This document shows positions 58,393-64,000 of a stretch of DNA of 64,000 nucleotides, in pieces; position 1 is the stretch's first letter; every line of letters starts with the position of its first letter. Both the position numbers and the translations under genes were made by a program. The stretch comes from Candidatus Latescibacterota bacterium (GTDB taxonomy: Bacteria; Latescibacterota; UBA2968; UBA8231), in NCBI GenBank assembly GCA_965221775.1, contig CBDCSU010000005.1, positions 832,001 to 896,000 on the forward strand, in the 5' to 3' direction. The notes beneath the pieces were generated by a model. It saw nothing but the letters and a program-made list of their open reading frames with translations. It was not told the DNA's origin and made no database searches.

Positions 58393-59303
58393 GACAGCCA
58401 CTCCGGGTGACGGGCCCGCAGGCCGGCGACGCAGGCCTCGTAGACCTCGAGGGGAAAGGACTGGTACGGCGACAGCAGCCGCAGGGGCATGTCGATGCCG
58501 CTGGCGCGCACGATCATCTTGTCCCAGGCGCCGTCGATCAGGTCGCCGAAGGCCTTCGCCGGCTCCCAGAACACGTCGGCCACGGCGAGGTACTCGGCGT
58601 GCAGGCGGGCCAGCTCGCCGAAGCGGCCCTGCCGGCCCAGCTCGAAGAGCTCCTTCGTGCGCCCCGGGAACATGGCGCCGTACGAGGACAGGAGCCCGCA
58701 CTCCCCGTGTTGGCAGCCGAGGGGGAAGTTGGCCTCGCCGTAGAAGTGCATCAGCTCCGTCTCCCGCGCCAGCTCCAGGGTCTCGCCGATGCCGAGGCCG
58801 GTGCTCTTGGTGCCCACGAGGTTGCCCACGGCATCCTGCAGCCGGCGGTAGTCGGCGGCGTAGAGCAGCCGCTTCGGCCGCGGCAGGTTGTAGTGCACGA
58901 ACCTCGCATCCGGGAAGGAACCGCAGACATCGGTGAAGTACGCCAGCAGCTCGGCGTCGTTGAGCGCTCCCCACGGCGGCAGGGAGATCTGGAAGACCCG
59001 GAAGCCGGCGTCGTACGCGATGCCGACGCGCTCCACCACCTGCGCCGTGGACATGCCGATGCAGCCGACCATGGGATGGACGCCCTCACGGTCCGTCTCC
59101 TCGCGGAAGACGGCGACGATCTCCCGGAAGAGGGGGACGGTCACGGCGTAGCCCTCGCCGGCGGTGCCGAAGATGTAGAGGTTGTCGAAGTGGTCCAGCG
59201 TCGCCCGGACCTGGTGACGGAAGACGTCCTCGATCAAGCGCTCTCCCTCGTCCCAGGGGATCTCGCAGCTGACCAGGATGGCGGGGTGATAGCGTTTCGT
59301 CAC
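58389..59303 (-). CDS. DHDPS/NAL-family class I aldolase/lyase
   Basis: SD AAGGAGG then GTG; FGTAGEG, HYNLP, VGTKST (Schiff-base Lys). Confidence 0.82.
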   Translation of the reverse strand: MTKRYHPAILVSCEIPWDEGERLIEDVFRHQVRATLDHFDNLYIFGTAGEGYAVTVPLFREIVAVFREETDREGVHPMVGCIGMSTAQVVERVGIAYDAGFRVFQISLPPWGALNDAELLAYFTDVCGSFPDARFVHYNLPRPKRLLYAADYRRLQDAVGNLVGTKSTGLGIGETLELARETELMHFYGEANFPLGCQHGECGLLSSYGAMFPGRTKELFELGRQGRFGELARLHAEYLAVADVFWEPAKAFGDLIDGAWDKMIVRASGIDMPLRLLSPYQSFPLEVYEACVAGLRARHPEWLS

Positions 59304-59473
59304 GGTTGCCTGCCTCCTTGGCCGATCGCCTCGCGCGTTACGGACGACTGGAAGACTGCTCTCCCGATGAAGGTCCTTGCATCCGCACATTCACACGTCA
59401 TGAGACCATCCGCTCTCAGGTTGCGGCCCATGGCAAGAAAGACCCTGATCGCGGGCTCGATCAAGCGGGTCCC

Positions 59474-59770
59474 GTGAACGACACGGAAGATCGTCCACTC
59501 CCATTGGAGCTCGTTGTCAGTGTGCGGCCGAAGGCCGGGCGCAACGGCGTCGAGGTCGACGGCGACAGGGTCACGGTGGGGGTGACGGCGGCCCCGGAAG
59601 GCGGCAAGGCCAACGCCGCGGTGGTGGCCCTGCTGGCGAAGCGGCTCAAGGTCGCCAGAGGCAGGGTGCGCATCGTGCGTGGGCACAAGGGGCGGGAGAA
59701 GCGGGTGCGGATCGAGGGCATCACGCCGGGCGAGTTCTTCGCGCGCCTGTCCGAGTCCGGCGGGAGCTGA
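59474..59770 (+). CDS. DUF167 (YggU/UPF0235) family protein
   Basis: VSVRPKA..VTAAPEGGKANAAV..LA..L.V..IVRGHKGREK. Confidence 0.88.
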   Translation: MNDTEDRPLPLELVVSVRPKAGRNGVEVDGDRVTVGVTAAPEGGKANAAVVALLAKRLKVARGRVRIVRGHKGREKRVRIEGITPGEFFARLSESGGS

Positions 59771-59859
59771 CCGGGGGTCCACCTCCCGAAGGCTGACGCT
59801 GTCCACGCACCCGCGCGTCGACGGAGCTATCTTCCCCCGCCCGGAGACCGGAGATCGAC

Positions 59860-61950
59860 ATGCGCAAGATCGCGGCCGGCCTGCTGGTGATCCTCCTGAT
59901 CTGGCTGGTGATCACCTCGGTGCCGGACGAGGTTCCCCTGATCCCGCGGCTGCCTCTGTTCTGCAGCCCCGGCAGATCCAGGCCGCTCCTGAGCCCGGAC
60001 GGCACCTGGCTCTCCTTCCTGGCGGTGCACGGGGTCAAGGTGAACGTGTGGGTGGCGCCGCCCGGCGACTGGAGGTCGGCCCGCGCCGTGACCAGCGACT
60101 CGACCGAGAGCATATATCGCTACTACTGGGCCTACACCAACGACCACATCCTCTACCTGCAGGACCGGGCCGGCGATGGGGACCACCGGCTCTACAGCGT
60201 CGATGTCAACAGCCTGGAGAAGCGCGCCCTGACGCCCCCGGAAGGGGTGCGCGCCGAGATCCAGCAGCTGAGCCCGCGGTTTCCCGGCGAGGTGCTCGTG
60301 GGTCTCAACGACCGGGTGCCGGAGCTGCTCGACATCCACCGCATCGACCTGGCCACGGGGGAGCGCGAGCTGGTGATGGAGAATCCCGGCGAGCTCGGCG
60401 GCGGCTCGGTGACGGGATTCGTCACGGACCGCTCCTTCCGGGTGCGGTATGCCTGGGTCACGATGCCGGACGGCGGCGAGCGGCTCATGCAGCCGGGCCC
60501 GGACTCGACGTGGGAGGAGTTCGAGACCATCCCCTACGAGGACGTGCTCACCACCTGGGTGGATGCCTTCGACGCCACGGGGCGGATGGCCTACTGGATC
60601 GACTCGCGGGGTCGCAACACGGCAGCCCTGGTCTCGCACGACCTCGACACGGGAGAGAAACGCCTGCTGGCCGAAGACCTCCTGGCCGACGCGGAGGACC
60701 TGCTCCTCCACCCGGCGCGCCGCACGGTGGAGGCCGTCTCCTTCCACTACGACCGGCCGAGATGGGAGGTCCTCGACGAGGCCATGGGAGATCACCTGGA
60801 GAGGTTGGCCGAGGTCGACGACGGGGATCTCGAGGTGGTCAGCCGTACGCTGGCGGACGACGCCTGGATCGTGAAGTACAACCGGGACGATTCCCCCGGG
60901 CTCTTCTACCTCTACGATCCCGGGGAGCGGGAGGCCACCTTCCTGTTCCACAGAATACCCGCCCTCGAGGGCCATCCCCTGACCCGCATGCACACGCGGA
61001 TCATCCCCTCGAGGGACGGTCTCGACATGGTCTGCTACCTGAGCCTGCCGCCGTGGTCCGACCCGGACGGGGACGGCCTTCCGGGAGAACCTCTGCCGAT
61101 GGTCCTGCTCGTCCATGGCGGGCCCTGGAGTCGAGACACATGGGGATTCCACAGCTGGCACCAGTGGCTTGCCAACCGCGGATACGCGGTGCTCAGCGTC
61201 AACTTCCGTGGCTCCACGGGCTTCGGGAAGGCCTTCGCCAACGCCGGCACCCGGGAGTGGGGCGGGCGGATGCAGGACGACCTGATCGACGGCGTGGAAT
61301 GGGCCATCGACACCGGCGTCACCCGGCGCGGCGAGGTGGGCATCATGGGCTACTCCTACGGCGGCTACGCGACCCTGGCGGCGTTGACCCTCACGCCCGG
61401 GGTCTTCGCCTGCGGCGTGGACCTCGGGGGACCGTCGAACCTGATCACCATGCTGGAGACGAACCCTCCGTACTGGAAGCCGTGGTTCGACTTTCACACC
61501 TCGCGCATCGGCGATCCGCGCACGGAAGAGGGGCGGGCCCTGTTGACCGAGCGTTCGCCGCTGACCCACGCCGGCCGCATCGTGCGCCCCCTGCTGATCG
61601 TACACGGGGCCAACGATCCGTACGTGGACCCGGCCGAGGCGGACCAGATGGTCCGGGCCCTGCAGGCCAGCGGCATCCCCGTGACCTACTTGCTCTTTCC
61701 GGGAGAGGGGCACGGCCTTGGCGGCTCGAACCAGCTCGCGTTCTGCTCTGTAGCCGAGACCTTCCTGGCGGAACACCTGGGAGGACGCCGGGAGCCGTAT
61801 GGTCACGCCTTCGGAGGTTCCACCATCGAGGTCCCGGCCGGGGCGGAGCTGGTGCCGGGGCTGGTGGAGATGCTGGAGTACTACAGGCCTTCGACACCTG
61901 ACTCTTCGGCCCAGGCGCCGCCCGACACCGCCGCCGACCTCGGCCAGTGA
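59860..61950 (+). CDS. S9 family (prolyl oligopeptidase/acylaminoacyl peptidase) serine peptidase
   Basis: VHGGPW, NFRGSTGFG, GYSYGG (catalytic Ser), HGAND, GEGHG; N-terminal signal/TM. Confidence 0.93.
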   Translation: MRKIAAGLLVILLIWLVITSVPDEVPLIPRLPLFCSPGRSRPLLSPDGTWLSFLAVHGVKVNVWVAPPGDWRSARAVTSDSTESIYRYYWAYTNDHILYLQDRAGDGDHRLYSVDVNSLEKRALTPPEGVRAEIQQLSPRFPGEVLVGLNDRVPELLDIHRIDLATGERELVMENPGELGGGSVTGFVTDRSFRVRYAWVTMPDGGERLMQPGPDSTWEEFETIPYEDVLTTWVDAFDATGRMAYWIDSRGRNTAALVSHDLDTGEKRLLAEDLLADAEDLLLHPARRTVEAVSFHYDRPRWEVLDEAMGDHLERLAEVDDGDLEVVSRTLADDAWIVKYNRDDSPGLFYLYDPGEREATFLFHRIPALEGHPLTRMHTRIIPSRDGLDMVCYLSLPPWSDPDGDGLPGEPLPMVLLVHGGPWSRDTWGFHSWHQWLANRGYAVLSVNFRGSTGFGKAFANAGTREWGGRMQDDLIDGVEWAIDTGVTRRGEVGIMGYSYGGYATLAALTLTPGVFACGVDLGGPSNLITMLETNPPYWKPWFDFHTSRIGDPRTEEGRALLTERSPLTHAGRIVRPLLIVHGANDPYVDPAEADQMVRALQASGIPVTYLLFPGEGHGLGGSNQLAFCSVAETFLAEHLGGRREPYGHAFGGSTIEVPAGAELVPGLVEMLEYYRPSTPDSSAQAPPDTAADLGQ

Positions 61951-62783
61951 AGCACACCGGACCCGCCCCGGAGGAGCCCTATCTCCTCGGCACCGATCCC
62001 GAGGAAGGCCGGCGCCTGGAGACGCAGCATCGCCTGTGGTCGCGGGAGGCCCACGACCTCTGGGACCGCGCCGGGTTCGGTCCGGGCGCCCGTCTGCTGG
62101 ATCTCGGCTGCGGTCCGGGATTCGCGGCTGTCGAGCTGGCGCACCGGGTCGGCGCCGGCGGACACGTGCTCGCCGTGGACGAGTCGCGGCGCTTCATCGA
62201 GACGCTGGCCGGGGAGTCGGAGCGGCGCGGGCTCGCGCACCTGGAGGCGCGGCGGGAGCGGGTCCAGGCCCTGCGGCTCGAGCCCGGTTGCCTCGACGGC
62301 GCCTTCGCGCGCTGGCTGTTCTGCTTTCTCCCGGACCCGGCGCCGGTCATCGAGAGGGTGATGCGGGGACTGCGGCCGGGGGGCCGGTTCGTGGTCTGGG
62401 ACTACCTGAACTACCGCGCCACGAAGCTGCATCCGCACAGCCCGGCGTGCGACCGCGTCCTCGAGGCGGTGCACGAGAGCTGGCGGCTCACCGGAGGGGA
62501 TCTCGACGTCGGCGCCCGGCTTCCCGGGTTGCTCGCGGCAGCCGGCTGCAACGTGGTCGATCTCGTCCCCATCGTGCGTTTCGCCCGGCCCGGCACGGCG
62601 CTGTGGGAGTGGCCGACGGGGTTCTTCTTCGGCTACATCCCGCGGCTGGTGAAAGCCGGGCTGCTGACGGAAGCGGAGCGCCGCGCCTTCGAGGCCGAGT
62701 GGCATGAGCGCGAGCAGGATCCCGGGGCCTTCCTGTCGCCGCCGCCCATGGTGGGAATCATCGCCGAGAAGGGCCGGCCATGA
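61947..62783 (+). CDS. Class I SAM-dependent methyltransferase
   Basis: YLLG..E..RL..QH, LLDLGCGPG, AVD, LRPGGRF. Confidence 0.9.
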   Translation: MKHTGPAPEEPYLLGTDPEEGRRLETQHRLWSREAHDLWDRAGFGPGARLLDLGCGPGFAAVELAHRVGAGGHVLAVDESRRFIETLAGESERRGLAHLEARRERVQALRLEPGCLDGAFARWLFCFLPDPAPVIERVMRGLRPGGRFVVWDYLNYRATKLHPHSPACDRVLEAVHESWRLTGGDLDVGARLPGLLAAAGCNVVDLVPIVRFARPGTALWEWPTGFFFGYIPRLVKAGLLTEAERRAFEAEWHEREQDPGAFLSPPPMVGIIAEKGRP

Positions 62784-63565
62784 GCGACGAGGCGTACGCC
62801 CTGGGTGACTCCCGCCTGGCAGCCGAACGGCTGAAGCTGGTGGCGCGGCTCTTCGAGCCCGAGATGAGGAGGTTCATCCGGGACACCGCGCCCCCTCGGC
62901 CCGGGGTCGCGGTGGACCTCGGCTGCGGCCCCGGCTGCACCACCCGGCTCCTGCGGCAGGTGTCGGGCGCCGCCGCGGCCGTCGGCGTCGACCTGTCGGA
63001 GCACTTCCTGCGGGTGGCCGCGGACTCCGCCCCGGCGCTGCGGTTCGTGCGGCACGACCTGACCGAGGGCCCGCCGCCGGTCGAAGCCGCGGACCTCCTG
63101 TTCTGCCATCTGCTGCTCTCGCACCTCGCGGACCCGGTGGAGGCCATCGAGTCCTGGAGAGCCTGCCTGGCCCCCGCGGGTGTGATCCTGGTGGACGAGG
63201 TGGAGTCGATCGAGACGGATGACCCGGTCTTCGTCGAGTACCTGGCCCTGGTGGAAGAAGCGATCGCCAGCCGGGGAGGCGAGCTCTACGTGGGCCGGAA
63301 GCTGGCCGCGACCGGATCCCTGCGCGGCCTGCGAGTCCGCTCCAGCCGAGTCGCGCCGCAGAGCGTGGCCGCCAAGGACGCGGCCGCCATGTTCGGGATG
63401 ACCTTCCAGACCCTCCGCGAGGACCCGGCAGTGCAGGCCGCGGCCGGTCACGCGGGACTGGCGGCACTGGCCCGGGCCCTCGATGCCAGGACCACACGCG
63501 AAGATCAGCACCCCCTTGAGTGGAGCATGCGGCAGATCGTCTACGAGCCGCGGCCCTCGGTCTGA
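62780..63565 (+). CDS. Class I SAM-dependent methyltransferase
   Basis: YALGDS..AAERL, VDLGCGPG, GVDLS, LAPAG. Confidence 0.88.
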   Translation: MSDEAYALGDSRLAAERLKLVARLFEPEMRRFIRDTAPPRPGVAVDLGCGPGCTTRLLRQVSGAAAAVGVDLSEHFLRVAADSAPALRFVRHDLTEGPPPVEAADLLFCHLLLSHLADPVEAIESWRACLAPAGVILVDEVESIETDDPVFVEYLALVEEAIASRGGELYVGRKLAATGSLRGLRVRSSRVAPQSVAAKDAAAMFGMTFQTLREDPAVQAAAGHAGLAALARALDARTTREDQHPLEWSMRQIVYEPRPSV

Positions 63566-63569
63566 CCCA

Positions 63570-64000
63570 ATGCAACCCCCACCCACCCCGTTCCTCGACT
63601 GGTACGGCATCTGGCCGTCCCACAGAAAGCTCGAGGACGACGGCACCGTCTGGTCGCAGGACCCGCCCCGGGGCATCGACCTGGCGCCCGAGATGGCGCG
63701 CAAGTCCGAGGTCTTCTTCCACAAGGAGCGCCCCTGGGAGCAGGGAGCCAACCTGCAGATCAACACCATGCTCCACGAAGGCGGGCGCTACCGCCTCTGG
63801 TACGGAGCGCAGCGCCTCGACGACACGACCCGCGCCTACGTCTGCTACGCCGAGAGCGACGACGGCTTCGCCTGGCGGCGGCCGGACCTGGGACTGTGCG
63901 AGTTCGAGGGCTCCACCCGCAACAACATCATCAGCGAGGACCGCGATCATCCCCTCGGCTGCGTCTTCCTCGACCCCGCCGCCCCGGCGGCCGAGCGTTA
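63570..64000 (+). CDS. Beta-propeller (GH32/43-like) hypothetical protein, 5' part; runs off the window edge
   Basis: Manual translation MQPPPTPFLDWYGIW..ERPWE..EGGRYRLWY..CYAESDDGFAWRRPDLGL.EFEGSTRNNII..VFLDPAAPAAERY; same family as 26146..27609. Confidence 0.72.
   Translation, partial: MQPPPTPFLDWYGIWPSHRKLEDDGTVWSQDPPRGIDLAPEMARKSEVFFHKERPWEQGANLQINTMLHEGGRYRLWYGAQRLDDTTRAYVCYAESDDGFAWRRPDLGLCEFEGSTRNNIISEDRDHPLGCVFLDPAAPAAER

Overview
A 64 kb high-GC bacterial chromosomal segment. The gene styles (FlgD/T9SS-like 'SNYPNPFN' modular proteins, many sulfatase/dipeptidase/GH-like hypotheticals, TonB receptors) suggest an FCB-group organism such as Candidatus Latescibacterota; this is inference only. 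Housekeeping content: tmRNA (ssrA, tag ADDNSYALAA), ilvB-ilvN, ppdK, parA-parB, larB, mobA, ctaB/cyoE and a long-chain acyl-CoA ligase. Accessory and notable content: (i) two near-identical DoxX genes bracketing a modular secreted protein with a low-GC HExxH domain; (ii) a coupled operon encoding a 1471-aa degenerate-M28/FtsX(MacB)-permease fusion plus two large OPT/DUF6785-like membrane proteins, with no ABC ATPase and a duplicated gene junction that creates a 38-aa bridging ORF; (iii) an AAA/PD-(D/E)XK gene, a decayed fragment of the M28-FtsX gene and an antitoxin fused to a toxin remnant; (iv) a low-GC HEPN-MNT pair immediately behind tmRNA; (v) four M19 dipeptidase paralogs plus M81, M20 and S9 peptidases; (vi) a TonB-receptor/lipoprotein/Omp85/hydrolase/Omp85/MFS cluster converging on an acyl-CoA ligase. 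No CRISPR array, rRNA, tRNA, transposase or integrase was seen. Family names are from motif recognition, not database searches.
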